From positions 50,316 to 114,315 of the forward strand of contig CALCQI010000027.1 in the NCBI GenBank assembly GCA_937897635.1: a stretch of DNA of 64,000 nucleotides. Direction: 5' to 3'. The translations under genes and the position numbers were made by a program. The DNA comes from an uncultured Peptococcaceae bacterium. GTDB taxonomy: Bacteria > Bacillota > Dehalobacteriia > UBA4068 > UBA4997. The notes beneath the pieces were generated by a model. That model was not told the DNA's origin, ran no database searches, and saw only the letters and a list, made by a program, of their open reading frames with translations. This document shows positions 9,808-19,160 of this stretch, one piece after another (position 1 is the stretch's first letter; every line of letters starts with the position of its first letter).

Positions 9808-10285
9808 GATATCCCATCTCCCTTAACAAAGCCGCCAAAACTGTAAAACGCTCACCTAAAATTTCACCGTCACGCGATAAAGCATCCTGAAAAAGCTTTA
9901 TGTCTTCATCCAGCATGGGGTTTTCATCACAAACTGTAACTGTCATGGCATCACCTTGCAAACCTACCCTATCGATTTGCAAATCGTTTTCATTATAAAG
10001 TTTGGGCATGCGATAAGCTTCCCTAAAATAAAGGCTGGTCCTGCAAATCAAAATTGCTAAATCCAAAGCTCTGTGCAACGGCAATTCTTCAGACTGGCGC
10101 GACCACTTGCCGCCTGTATGACGCCATACCTTTGCTGAAATATCCACCCTGCCACGATCGTTCCATTGCGCCAAACCAAGGCTCAAGCCTTTAGCATCAC
10201 TATCATAGGCATACCTGCCATCAACATTTTCATAATTTTCTACAGTGATTACCGGTTTATGCTTAAGTGTAGACGGTATTTTCAT
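9788..10285 (-). CDS. Hypothetical protein, first gene of MTase operon (candidate restriction/specificity component)
   Basis: 165 aa, no recognisable family; overlaps the GIY-YIG gene by 20 nt (operon), good SD (GGAGAAAA) at 10293-10300. Confidence 0.5.
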   Translation of the reverse strand: MKIPSTLKHKPVITVENYENVDGRYAYDSDAKGLSLGLAQWNDRGRVDISAKVWRHTGGKWSRQSEELPLHRALDLAILICRTSLYFREAYRMPKLYNENDLQIDRVGLQGDAMTVTVCDENPMLDEDIKLFQDALSRDGEILGERFTVLAALLREMGYHGNNRK

Positions 10286-10384
10286 AATTATTTTCTCCTT
10301 TAACCAAAAACAAACTAGTAATTTACTAAATTACTAATTATGAATATAAAATATCATATAAATAGGTTAAAGTCAACAAAATAC

Positions 10385-10412
10385 TTAAAAACAAAAAAGG
10401 CCATTAGGCCTT
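10385..10412 (-). terminator. Terminator after membrane protein gene
   Basis: GGCCTAATGGCC hairpin + TTTTTTGTTTTT on minus strand. Confidence 0.6.
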
Positions 10413-10878
10413 ATTTAGTTTTTGCTGTAATTTTAAGCTCTTGAGCTTTTTTAACATTTTTCCTTCTTGCTAGAACTTGCAGGATAACGGCAAGTAAAAA
10501 ACCTACGAAAAGAACAGCAAGATTAACAAAACCGCCTGTCATGTTAGGCTCGCCGAGTAAAGCCTGCTGATAAGTGATTATGCAGTTTGCTATAAAACCC
10601 AATACGGCAGCCCCTAAAAATATACCGCCGAAAATATATTGTTTCAATGCTATGGCAATTATACCAACAATCATCATAAACAAACCATAGCCTTGAAAAA
10701 AGGCCCACTCCGCCATTTGACCATAACGTATATAATAAACCAAAAATATAAGTATCATAAAAACAAGGCCACAAGCTATACCTACCAAAGTAGATTTGCC
10801 CCATTTAGCTTTTATTGCAGTCCAATCGATTTGTGGCTTTTCCTGTTTAGGTAAAGGTGTTCTTTGAAATTTAGCCAT
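10411..10878 (-). CDS. Small integral membrane protein (4 predicted TM helices), unknown function
   Basis: 155 aa, hydrophobic stretches LVGIACGLVFMILIFLVYYI, LFMMIVGIIAIAL, IFLGAAVLGFIANCII, FVNLAVLFVGFLLAVILQVL. Confidence 0.6.
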   Translation of the reverse strand: MAKFQRTPLPKQEKPQIDWTAIKAKWGKSTLVGIACGLVFMILIFLVYYIRYGQMAEWAFFQGYGLFMMIVGIIAIALKQYIFGGIFLGAAVLGFIANCIITYQQALLGEPNMTGGFVNLAVLFVGFLLAVILQVLARRKNVKKAQELKITAKTK

Positions 10879-10921
10879 TTAAAACCTCCTGAAAATATTT
10901 AATATAGAATTAACTAAAAAA

Positions 10922-11587
10922 TTATACCCCTCTTAAAAAATCTACCTCCGCTTTGCTCAATACATTGGCTTTACCCAAATTTTGAGTATACATACTTATC
11001 AAAGCATAATGTTCTAAGGCTTCCATACGGTACCAGGCTTCTGTTAAATCCTTACCCCAAGCTAAAGCACCATGGTTAGCCAAAAGCAAAGCCTTATATT
11101 CTTTACAATAAGGAGCAATAGACTTTGGTATTTCATCTGTACCCTGCCTGGCATAAGGAGCAAGGGGAACCGTACCTAAAAATGCTATGGATTCCGCATA
11201 AATAGGCTTATCCAGTGCTATGCCGACAATAGCAAAAGCCGTAGCTACAGGAGGATGAGCGTGCACTACCGCTCCCACTTCGGTATTTTCAATATAAACC
11301 CGAAGATGCATCCTATACTCTGAAGAAGGCTTGCTTATACCAGCCAAAACATTACCCTGTAAATCCATTTTTATAAGCATTTCTTCTTGCATAAAACCTT
11401 TGGATACACCTGTTGGAGTTATCCATATTTCATTATCATTGACCTTGCAGCTTATATTACCGTCATTGGCAGCTACAAAATCCTTGGCATACATTCTTTT
11501 TCCTATTTCAATGATCTTGGCTTTAGCTTCTTTATCAGTTGTATACATAGTATTATCCCTGCTTTCCTTGTTGATTTTTTTGAGCAA
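10922..11587 (-). CDS. Class II aldolase/adducin-family protein (methylthioribulose-1-P dehydratase MtnB-like or fuculose-P aldolase-like)
   Basis: 221 aa; metal-binding His triad region ([24 protein letters not shown]); adjacent to mtnA. Start may be the internal MYTTDKE (11548). Confidence 0.75.
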   Translation of the reverse strand: MLKKINKESRDNTMYTTDKEAKAKIIEIGKRMYAKDFVAANDGNISCKVNDNEIWITPTGVSKGFMQEEMLIKMDLQGNVLAGISKPSSEYRMHLRVYIENTEVGAVVHAHPPVATAFAIVGIALDKPIYAESIAFLGTVPLAPYARQGTDEIPKSIAPYCKEYKALLLANHGALAWGKDLTEAWYRMEALEHYALISMYTQNLGKANVLSKAEVDFLRGV

Positions 11588-12644
11588 AAAGTGCCTTTAA
11601 AGATTTCTGATAAGGAGCTTGTACTATACCATATTCCGTAATTATTGCCGTAACCAAAGAATTATCGGTTACATCAAAGGCGGGGTTATAAACCTTTATA
11701 CCTGACGGTGCCATAGGTTTTTCATACCACATTGTGGTTACTTCTTCTGGGGAACGTTCTTCTATCATAATATCTGCCCCTTTTTCAATAGTCATATCAA
11801 TAGTAGAGGTTGGAGCGCAAACGTAAAAAGGAATATTATAATGCTTGGCCAGTATGGCAACCCCCGAAGTACCTATTTTATTGGCAAAGTCCCCATTAGC
11901 AGCAACCCTGTCGCAGCCTACCAATACAGCATCTACCCAGCCGTTTTTCATAACCTGGGATGCCATATTATCGCAAATAAGGGTTGTATCCACACCATCT
12001 GACCAAAGCTCATAGGTGGAAAGCCTTGCGCCCTGCAATAATGGTCTGGTTTCATCCGTAAATACTTTAAAATTATAGCCGCGTTCCCTGCCTAAATGAA
12101 TTGGCGCAAGTGCTGTTCCATATTTTACTGTAGCAAGCTGGCCCGCATTACAATGGGTCAAAATACCGCAGCCATCCTTAAGTAGGGTAAGCGCATTTTC
12201 CCCTATTGCTTTACATACACGGATATCTTCTTCTTTTATAGTTTCAGCTTCCTCATGTAAAAGCTTTTTGATTTCTGATACAGTCAAAGCAGAACTAGCA
12301 AGCACTACATTTTCCATACGCTCAAGCGCCCAAAACAAATTTACAGCCGTAGGACGGGCAGAAGCCAAATAATTCTTAGCTTTTTTAAATTCATTATAAA
12401 AGACCTTATAATCAGAAGTATCTATTGCTTTGGCAGCCAAATAAACACCTATAGCTGCGGCAACACCTATAGCAGGAGCACCCCTTACCTGCAATAAATA
12501 AATGGCCTGCCAAATTTCAGTTTGGGTTTTCAGTTTTTTTATTACCAGTTCATTGGGCAATTTTGTTTGGTCTATAATAACTAAAGCATTTTCATTATCG
12601 GATAATGCCACCGTTTCATATTCCATGATATTATTATGGTTCAT
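11553..12644 (-). CDS. mtnA: S-methyl-5-thioribose-1-phosphate isomerase
   Basis: eIF-2B alpha/beta/delta family; [30 protein letters not shown] motifs; start taken at MNHNNIMEY (ORF-track start 12692 adds 16 hydrophobic aa). Confidence 0.85.
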   Translation of the reverse strand: MNHNNIMEYETVALSDNENALVIIDQTKLPNELVIKKLKTQTEIWQAIYLLQVRGAPAIGVAAAIGVYLAAKAIDTSDYKVFYNEFKKAKNYLASARPTAVNLFWALERMENVVLASSALTVSEIKKLLHEEAETIKEEDIRVCKAIGENALTLLKDGCGILTHCNAGQLATVKYGTALAPIHLGRERGYNFKVFTDETRPLLQGARLSTYELWSDGVDTTLICDNMASQVMKNGWVDAVLVGCDRVAANGDFANKIGTSGVAILAKHYNIPFYVCAPTSTIDMTIEKGADIMIEERSPEEVTTMWYEKPMAPSGIKVYNPAFDVTDNSLVTAIITEYGIVQAPYQKSLKALFAQKNQQGKQG

Positions 12645-12789
12645 AAGCCAACCCCTTAAAATTAAAAATTTGCAGATAAAGCTAATCTTCACATTTTTTA
12701 TAACCTACTTTAAAACTTATTATACTATTTAATTACAGTTTCGTAAATCTATAACCCTGTTCCAAATAGTAACTAAAGACATCTAAAAT

Positions 12790-12834
12790 ATTTGAACAAA
12801 AATAACAGCCTGTTTTTATAAACAACGGGCTGTT
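12790..12834 (-). terminator. Terminator downstream of membrane protein gene 12904..13710
   Basis: 10-bp stem ACAGCCTGTT/AACGGGCTGT (1 mismatch), 9-nt loop, T-rich run on minus strand. Confidence 0.5.
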
Positions 12835-12903
12835 AAAATTTTTATATTTACTGTTGAAGAAATAATCATACTAAAATTTTTATAAGAATATCCTCTTGCG
12901 TTA

Positions 12904-13710
12904 TTATTGAATTTTTGCGACTGTTCTTCTATTGAACCAAACATAAGAAATCACAAACAGCATTAAGGCAACGCAAGCTATAACGGTAATAATTACGAAA
13001 GGATACTGCCCGTTAAAACCATCTACAGAAAAATGTTTTATTAAAATACCTGCATAAGCCCAAATAATAACTAAGCCATAAGCAATATCCTTATTTTTTA
13101 AGGTTGTTAAAGCTGCTATTATTAAACCAACTATAAGAATTATAACCGTCCATATAACTTCTGATAAACCAAAACCATTCCAGCCTAAGCTAACTAAAAG
13201 TACAGTAATATTAGCTATGGTTGCTATAGTTATCCAACCGAAATATATACTGAAGGGCAAACGTATAAAAAATTTCTCTCTGCCTGAAAGCTGAGCCTTG
13301 GTTGTTTTATTGTTTATAGTTATTAAGCATAATAATAAAACAAGCATTAAGATAACGCTAAGTGGTATCTTATAATAATGCCAAGCAAAAATCCAAGCTG
13401 CGTTTATTAAAGAGGATAAGCAAAAATATACATTTATATACTTAAGTAAACTATTTTGCTCAGCAACATTATTTTTTTGAAAAAAACCAAGCTGATATAA
13501 TGTATATAAGGCAAGTAAAATATAAATAAGGCCCCAAATTGAAAATGTAACAGCGGCAGGTGCAAAAAGATTAGGATAAGAACCGGAAACCTGCCCTGTT
13601 TCAACTCCGTTAAGCGGCAAGGTAACGGCCAATACATTCACAACAATCATAATCAAAAAACAAAGCGTTGTAATTATTTTAATACCCATTCCTGTATTTT
13701 CTTTTGCCAT
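12904..13710 (-). CDS. Polytopic membrane protein, Trp-rich, unknown function
   Basis: 268 aa, ~7 hydrophobic segments, many Trp/Tyr at interfaces; start overlaps uvdE stop (ATGA). Confidence 0.6.
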   Translation of the reverse strand: MAKENTGMGIKIITTLCFLIMIVVNVLAVTLPLNGVETGQVSGSYPNLFAPAAVTFSIWGLIYILLALYTLYQLGFFQKNNVAEQNSLLKYINVYFCLSSLINAAWIFAWHYYKIPLSVILMLVLLLCLITINNKTTKAQLSGREKFFIRLPFSIYFGWITIATIANITVLLVSLGWNGFGLSEVIWTVIILIVGLIIAALTTLKNKDIAYGLVIIWAYAGILIKHFSVDGFNGQYPFVIITVIACVALMLFVISYVWFNRRTVAKIQ

Positions 13711-14996
13711 TATATCCGCCTCCTCAGTTCATGATTATTTAAAATTGTAAAATAATAAGAACCTGCCAAATAATTTTGGCCATATTGATTTACCAACTTC
13801 CACAAATACTCTTTAATAGGTTTAACAGAAATAATACCTTGTTGATATGCTTCCAGTTTTTTAAAAAATACTGCTTTTTCTTGAACTGAAACCTCATTTT
13901 TAAAATAACCCCAAATGTGTAAAGCAGTATTGATTGCGTTGCCTTTAAGCACCTCCTTTGTTAAAGCACTCTCTATCGATTCATAAAAAGCTATTGCGGG
14001 ATAACCACTTTTATCATTGAGCAATTCTCTTATTTTCAAATAATCGTTAGGGGAATTCTCTAAAATTTTATATTTATATCTGTTCCATTCCACTCCCAAA
14101 AGCTTTATTTGAGGATTTTCGGCAATAGAATTCATACATTTTACAGCAGAAAGATTTTTATCTTTAACTTCCAGCATTATATCAATATCTTTATTCAGCA
14201 AACCTTCAAAAAACAACATAAAATCCTTGATTAAAATAGTTTCCGAATGAGCTCCTTTTGGTTTGAAAAGATTTTGTTGGGAATAATGGATCTTTTGCCT
14301 ACCATCCTTTTGCTGCCAGGTTTTTTGAGCCAGTTCAAGCCAATAGTTGTCCTTTTTTGATATATCATAAGGATTAAGCTGATTATGCAGATTATCAAAA
14401 ACAACAGGCATATTTAATTTGGCGGCTATTTCCAAAACCTCATCTATATTGTAGCATTTATCATCATTTTCCAAAACCAATCTTTTTTTAACACAAGGCT
14501 CAAGATAGGAATAATTGGTTAAAAAACGTTCTATAGCTTGCTTTTTATTACCATAAATACCTCCTATATGCAAAACTATTTTGCATTCTTCACCAACACC
14601 TAAACTATCCAAAAACAAGGTATGATAATCTAAATCTGCTATAGTATTTTTTACAACATTTTTATTTACTGAGTTAAGAACAGTATATTGCCCGGGATGC
14701 ATGGAAACACGGATTCCCGCACTCACGATTTTTTCACCCAAAGCCTGAAAAGAAGGAGCAAACATATCCCACCAAGGCAGCTTATTAACGCTATTTGAAG
14801 CAAAAGGAATAATATCCGAACTTATTCTGAATAGCTTAATGCCATTTTTTATATTATACTCAATCATATTATCAAGCACAGCCAAATTATGCTTTATAAT
14901 AGCAGTTAAAACCACATCATCGGCATTTTTGGCAAGGCAGCTTTTCAGCTTCATATTATGTAGGCCTATAACTTGACACGCATAACCTATATTCAT
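13710..14996 (-). CDS. uvsE: UV damage endonuclease UvdE with ~130-aa C-terminal extension
   Basis: N-terminal ~300 aa match UvdE/TIM-barrel (MNIGYACQ..., RLVLENDDKCYNIDEVLEIA, VFDNLHNQLN); C-terminal tail (HIWGYFKNEVS...YGQNYLAGSYYF) is extra. Confidence 0.8.
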   Translation of the reverse strand: MNIGYACQVIGLHNMKLKSCLAKNADDVVLTAIIKHNLAVLDNMIEYNIKNGIKLFRISSDIIPFASNSVNKLPWWDMFAPSFQALGEKIVSAGIRVSMHPGQYTVLNSVNKNVVKNTIADLDYHTLFLDSLGVGEECKIVLHIGGIYGNKKQAIERFLTNYSYLEPCVKKRLVLENDDKCYNIDEVLEIAAKLNMPVVFDNLHNQLNPYDISKKDNYWLELAQKTWQQKDGRQKIHYSQQNLFKPKGAHSETILIKDFMLFFEGLLNKDIDIMLEVKDKNLSAVKCMNSIAENPQIKLLGVEWNRYKYKILENSPNDYLKIRELLNDKSGYPAIAFYESIESALTKEVLKGNAINTALHIWGYFKNEVSVQEKAVFFKKLEAYQQGIISVKPIKEYLWKLVNQYGQNYLAGSYYFTILNNHELRRRI

Positions 14997-15097
14997 AGCT
15001 ATTCTCCTATATCATGCTAGCAATGTTATATAAAAAAATATTATTTTTAATCAGCTATTGTAAAAAAGAGTGCATATTTTTATATACACTCTTTGAT

Positions 15098-16234
15098 TTA
15101 TGAAAGACGAGATTTGAAATCCTCATAGCCAAACTGTTTAATTATTTTAAGGCCGTATTTTTCATTATAAACCGCAATTGCAGGAAGATTGACACCATTA
15201 AAGGTGTTGTTTTTTACCATAGTATAATGAGCCATATCACCAAAAACCAAAATATCCCCCATTTTCAAGGGCTCATTGAAGGAATAATCCCCTATTATAT
15301 CTCCAGCCAAGCAGGTGGGGCCGCCCAATCTATAAGTGTGAGCCAATTCATTGGCTTTGCCTGAACCAAGTAAGGGCGGTCGATAAGGCATTTCCAGCAC
15401 ATCAGGCATATGGCAGGCAGCAGAAGCATCCACTATAGCAATATCCATACCGTTATTAACTATATCCAATACTCTTGTTACCAAATACCCCGTATTCAAG
15501 GCAATTGCTTCACCGGGCTCCAAATAAACCTGTATACCATATTTATTTTTGATAAACATGATACATTCTATAAGCTTTTCAATATCATAATCCGGCCTTG
15601 TTATGTGATGGCCTCCGCCAAAATTTAGCCATTGCATTCGGCTTATGTATTTACCAAATTTTTCATCCACAACCTTGATAGTGCGTTCCAAAACATCCGC
15701 ATTTTGTTCGCACATAGTATGAAAATGCAAGCCATCAATACCTTCAGGCATTGACTCATCAAAATTGGCCAAGGTAGTACCCAAACGTGAATTAGCAAAA
15801 CAAGGGTTGTACATATCTGTTTCGATTTCGGCATATTCAGGGTTTATCCTTATACCGCATTCAATTTTTTTATCTGCACTGTTTAGTTTATCCTTAAATT
15901 TGCGCCATTCGGCGAAAGAATTAAATATGATATGATCACATATTTTTATGATTTCATTAAAATCAGCTTGACTATAAGCAGGCGCATAAATATGAACTTC
16001 TTTACCCATTTCTTCATAGCCAAGCCTTGCTTCAAACAAAGAGCTGGCTGTAGTACCGTTTAAATATTGTCCGATAAGCGGATAGAAATAATACATGGAA
16101 AAGGCCTTTTGGGCAAGTAATATTTTACAACCTGTTTTATAAATAACATATTTGAGTGTTTCCAGGTTTTTAACCAGTAGCCTTTCATCTACCAAATAAC
16201 ATGGTGTAGGCAAAGAGCTTAAGTTTATATCCAT
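15098..16234 (-). CDS. nspC: Carboxynorspermidine/carboxyspermidine decarboxylase
   Basis: 378 aa, alanine-racemase-fold PLP decarboxylase typical of CANSDC (KILLAQKAFS, EPGEAIALNTGYLVTRVLD, GGPTCLAGD). Confidence 0.85.
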   Translation of the reverse strand: MDINLSSLPTPCYLVDERLLVKNLETLKYVIYKTGCKILLAQKAFSMYYFYPLIGQYLNGTTASSLFEARLGYEEMGKEVHIYAPAYSQADFNEIIKICDHIIFNSFAEWRKFKDKLNSADKKIECGIRINPEYAEIETDMYNPCFANSRLGTTLANFDESMPEGIDGLHFHTMCEQNADVLERTIKVVDEKFGKYISRMQWLNFGGGHHITRPDYDIEKLIECIMFIKNKYGIQVYLEPGEAIALNTGYLVTRVLDIVNNGMDIAIVDASAACHMPDVLEMPYRPPLLGSGKANELAHTYRLGGPTCLAGDIIGDYSFNEPLKMGDILVFGDMAHYTMVKNNTFNGVNLPAIAVYNEKYGLKIIKQFGYEDFKSRLS

Positions 16235-16244
16235 TGTGTTCTCC

Positions 16245-17444
16245 TTAATCTACCAGTTCAGGTTCAAAGCTTTCCTGCCAAGGCAAACCAAATTTATTCA
16301 AAGCATCCATAAACGGATCGGGATTGAATTCTTCCACATTATAAACACCGGGCTTTTGCCATTTGCCTGTAAGTACCATCATGGCACCTATCATAGCAGG
16401 TACACCTGTTGTATAAGAAACCGCCTGAGAACCAACTTCATTATAACACTCTTCATGGTCGCAAACATTATATACATAATAGTTTACAGGCTTACCATTC
16501 TTAACACCCCTGAAAATACAACCAATATTGGTTTTACCTTTGGTTCTAGGACCCAAAGAAGCGGGATCCGGCAGAACTGCTTTCAAAAATTGCAAAGGCA
16601 CTATTTTTTGGCCTTCAAAATCAATAGGTTCAATAGAAGTCATACCCACATTTTCTAAAACCTTTAAATGTGTAAGATAATTTTGCGAAAAAGTCATCCA
16701 GAACCTAATACGCTTAATACCTTTGATATTAAGAGCCAACGATTCCATTTCCTCGTGGTGCAATAAATACATATCCTTTTCGCCTATTTCGGGAAAATTA
16801 TAAACTTTTTTAATAGCCATGGGTTCAGTTTCAATAAATTTACCGTTTTCAAAATAGCTGCCCTTGGCAGTAACCTCACGAATATTGATTTCAGGATTAA
16901 AGTTTGTGGCAAAAGGATAGCCATGATCGCCTGCGTTAGCATCCAAAATATCTATATAATGGATCTCATCAAAATAATGTTTTTGAGCATATGCGGAAAA
17001 TACGCCTGTAACACCCGGGTCAAAGCCACTGCCCAAAACAGCTGTGATACCTGACTTTTCAAATTTTTCTCTGTAAGCCCATTGCCATTTATATTCAAAC
17101 TTGGCAGTATCAAGCGGTTCATAATTGGCTGTATCCAAATAATGAACTTTAGTAGCAAGACAGGCATCCATAATAGTAAGGTCTTGGTATGGCAAAGCCA
17201 CATTTATTACAATATCCGGTTTTTCTTTATTGATCAAGGCAATCAAATCATCTACATCATCAGCATTTACTTTAGCGGTAGTTATTTTGGTTTTACTACC
17301 GGCAAGCTTATTTTTTAAGGCATCGCATTTGGCAACAGTTCTGCTTGCTATACAGATTTCTTCAAAAACCTCAGGATTTTGACAGCATTTGTGCACTACC
17401 ACACTGCCCACTCCGCCGGCTCCAATAATCAACGCTTTTCCCAT
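16245..17444 (-). CDS. Carboxynorspermidine synthase / saccharopine dehydrogenase-family (CANSDH)
   Basis: 399 aa; N-terminal Rossmann GAGGVGSVV, saccharopine-DH C-terminal domain; immediately upstream of nspC as in CANSDH-CANSDC pairs. Confidence 0.85.
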   Translation of the reverse strand: MGKALIIGAGGVGSVVVHKCCQNPEVFEEICIASRTVAKCDALKNKLAGSKTKITTAKVNADDVDDLIALINKEKPDIVINVALPYQDLTIMDACLATKVHYLDTANYEPLDTAKFEYKWQWAYREKFEKSGITAVLGSGFDPGVTGVFSAYAQKHYFDEIHYIDILDANAGDHGYPFATNFNPEINIREVTAKGSYFENGKFIETEPMAIKKVYNFPEIGEKDMYLLHHEEMESLALNIKGIKRIRFWMTFSQNYLTHLKVLENVGMTSIEPIDFEGQKIVPLQFLKAVLPDPASLGPRTKGKTNIGCIFRGVKNGKPVNYYVYNVCDHEECYNEVGSQAVSYTTGVPAMIGAMMVLTGKWQKPGVYNVEEFNPDPFMDALNKFGLPWQESFEPELVD

Positions 17445-17467
17445 TTTTATTCCTCCTTAAGTATCGG

Positions 17468-18322
17468 TTATTTATAAATCTGCAACAAGAGTTCCCGTAA
17501 AAACTTACAGGCAAGTGCTGTGGATGCCCCCGTTTGGTCATAAACAGGTGAAAGCTCGTTTACATCAAGTCCTACAATATTAAGCTTGGCCACCTTGCTT
17601 ACAGCCATAAGCAATTCTTGAAAAGTTACACCGCCTGCTTCGGGTGTTCCCGTTCCGGGAAATATTGAAGGATCAAGAACATCTAAATCTATAGTAAGAT
17701 AAACAGGTTTATCTTTAACTTTTTTTATTGCTTCATCAAGCATATCAAAATTAAATTTGCACATCTCTATATGCTCTTTGGCCCAGCGAAACTCTTCTCG
17801 TTCACCACTGCGAATACCAAATTGAAAAATGGCATTATCCCCTACAAGCTCCCAACATCTTCGTAATACAGTAGCATGAGAAAGCTTTTCACCCAAATAA
17901 TCATCACGCAGATCAGCATGAGCATCAAAATGGATTATCTGCAAACCTTGGTATTTATGTGCGGCTGCCCGTACTGCACCCAAAGTTACCAAATGCTCAC
18001 CACCTATCATCAGCGGTATTTTTTTATCTGCCAAAAATTGGGCAGCATACTCTTCTATATCTGCTAGGGCTCTGGCAGCATTACCGAAGGGAAGCTCCAA
18101 ATCCCCACCATCAAAAACCTTTATATCCTCCAAATCCCTATCCTGATATGGGCTATAGGTTTCAATGCCATAGCTTTCACTACGCATGGCGGCACTGGCA
18201 AACCTGGTACCGGGTCTATAGGAAGTTGTACAATCAAAAGGTGCTCCGAAAATAACTATTTTGCTTTCCTCGTAATCGTTATCACAGCCTATAAAGGTAT
18301 GGATATTTTTACTTATCATCAT
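17468..18322 (-). CDS. speB: Agmatinase
   Basis: 284 aa ureohydrolase; Mn-binding HFDAHADL, DLDVLDP, SGERE motifs. Confidence 0.9.
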   Translation of the reverse strand: MMISKNIHTFIGCDNDYEESKIVIFGAPFDCTTSYRPGTRFASAAMRSESYGIETYSPYQDRDLEDIKVFDGGDLELPFGNAARALADIEEYAAQFLADKKIPLMIGGEHLVTLGAVRAAAHKYQGLQIIHFDAHADLRDDYLGEKLSHATVLRRCWELVGDNAIFQFGIRSGEREEFRWAKEHIEMCKFNFDMLDEAIKKVKDKPVYLTIDLDVLDPSIFPGTGTPEAGGVTFQELLMAVSKVAKLNIVGLDVNELSPVYDQTGASTALACKFLRELLLQIYK

Positions 18323-19160
18323 AAAGCAGCTCCTTTACATAGCTTGGTAAAGCAAATGATCCCAAGTGAAGCTCTGTATTATAGTATTTGGTTTTTAAGC
18401 CCAAAGCATCCCATTTTTCAGGTTTGAAACCATGAAGTGGATGATATTTTTTGGAAGCAAAACCAAAAAGCCAATGCCCTGAAGGATAAGTTGGGATATG
18501 TGCCTGATAAACCTTGCTTATAGGAAATACCGAACTAATTTTGCGGTGCGCTTTTTGCATGGCAAGGGCATCTTCCTCATAATAGGGGCTTTCATGCTGG
18601 TTTACCAAAATACCGTCCTCGCTTAAAGCCTTAAAACAGTTACCGTAAAATTCCTTAGTAAAAAGACCTTCACCTGGGCCAAATGGATCGGTAGAATCCA
18701 CTATAATCAAATCATATTCATTTTGTTTGGTACGTACAAATTTCAGGCCATCCTCGAAGAATAAGTGCACTCTTTCATCTTCAAACTTACAAGCTGTTTG
18801 AGGCAAATACTTTTTACAAACTTCCACAACTTGCTCATCTATTTCCGCCATATCTATACGCTCTATGGTTTTATAAAGAGTAAGCTCACGCACTACACCG
18901 CCATCCCCTGCTCCTATAACCAGCACTTTTTTAATATTGGGGTTCACTGCCATAGGAACATGAGTAATCATATCATGGTAAATAAATTCATCCTTTTCGG
19001 TTACCATTAAAAAACCGTCCAAAACTAAAATGCGGCCGAATTCATAGGAATCGAAAACATCTATTCTTTGAAAATCGCTTTGCAGGCTTATAAGTTGCTT
19101 ATCCACCCTGATAGAAAATTTAACATTTTCTGTGTGTTTTTCCGTGTACCATAAATCCAT
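18309..19160 (-). CDS. speE: Spermidine synthase
   Basis: 283 aa; VLVIGAGDGGVVRE, IIVDSTDPFGPGEGLF signature. Confidence 0.9.
   Translation of the reverse strand: MDLWYTEKHTENVKFSIRVDKQLISLQSDFQRIDVFDSYEFGRILVLDGFLMVTEKDEFIYHDMITHVPMAVNPNIKKVLVIGAGDGGVVRELTLYKTIERIDMAEIDEQVVEVCKKYLPQTACKFEDERVHLFFEDGLKFVRTKQNEYDLIIVDSTDPFGPGEGLFTKEFYGNCFKALSEDGILVNQHESPYYEEDALAMQKAHRKISSVFPISKVYQAHIPTYPSGHWLFGFASKKYHPLHGFKPEKWDALGLKTKYYNTELHLGSFALPSYVKELLYDDK

Noticed and set aside
10544-10854. Overlapping 86-aa (-) and 71-aa (+) ORFs within the membrane-protein gene
   Set aside because: Alternative frames of a coherent 4-TM ORF; no independent support.
12693-12790. Possible S-box/SAM riboswitch upstream of mtnA
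   Set aside because: Looked for the conserved S-box helices and kink-turn; region is only ~100 nt of AT-rich sequence without them.
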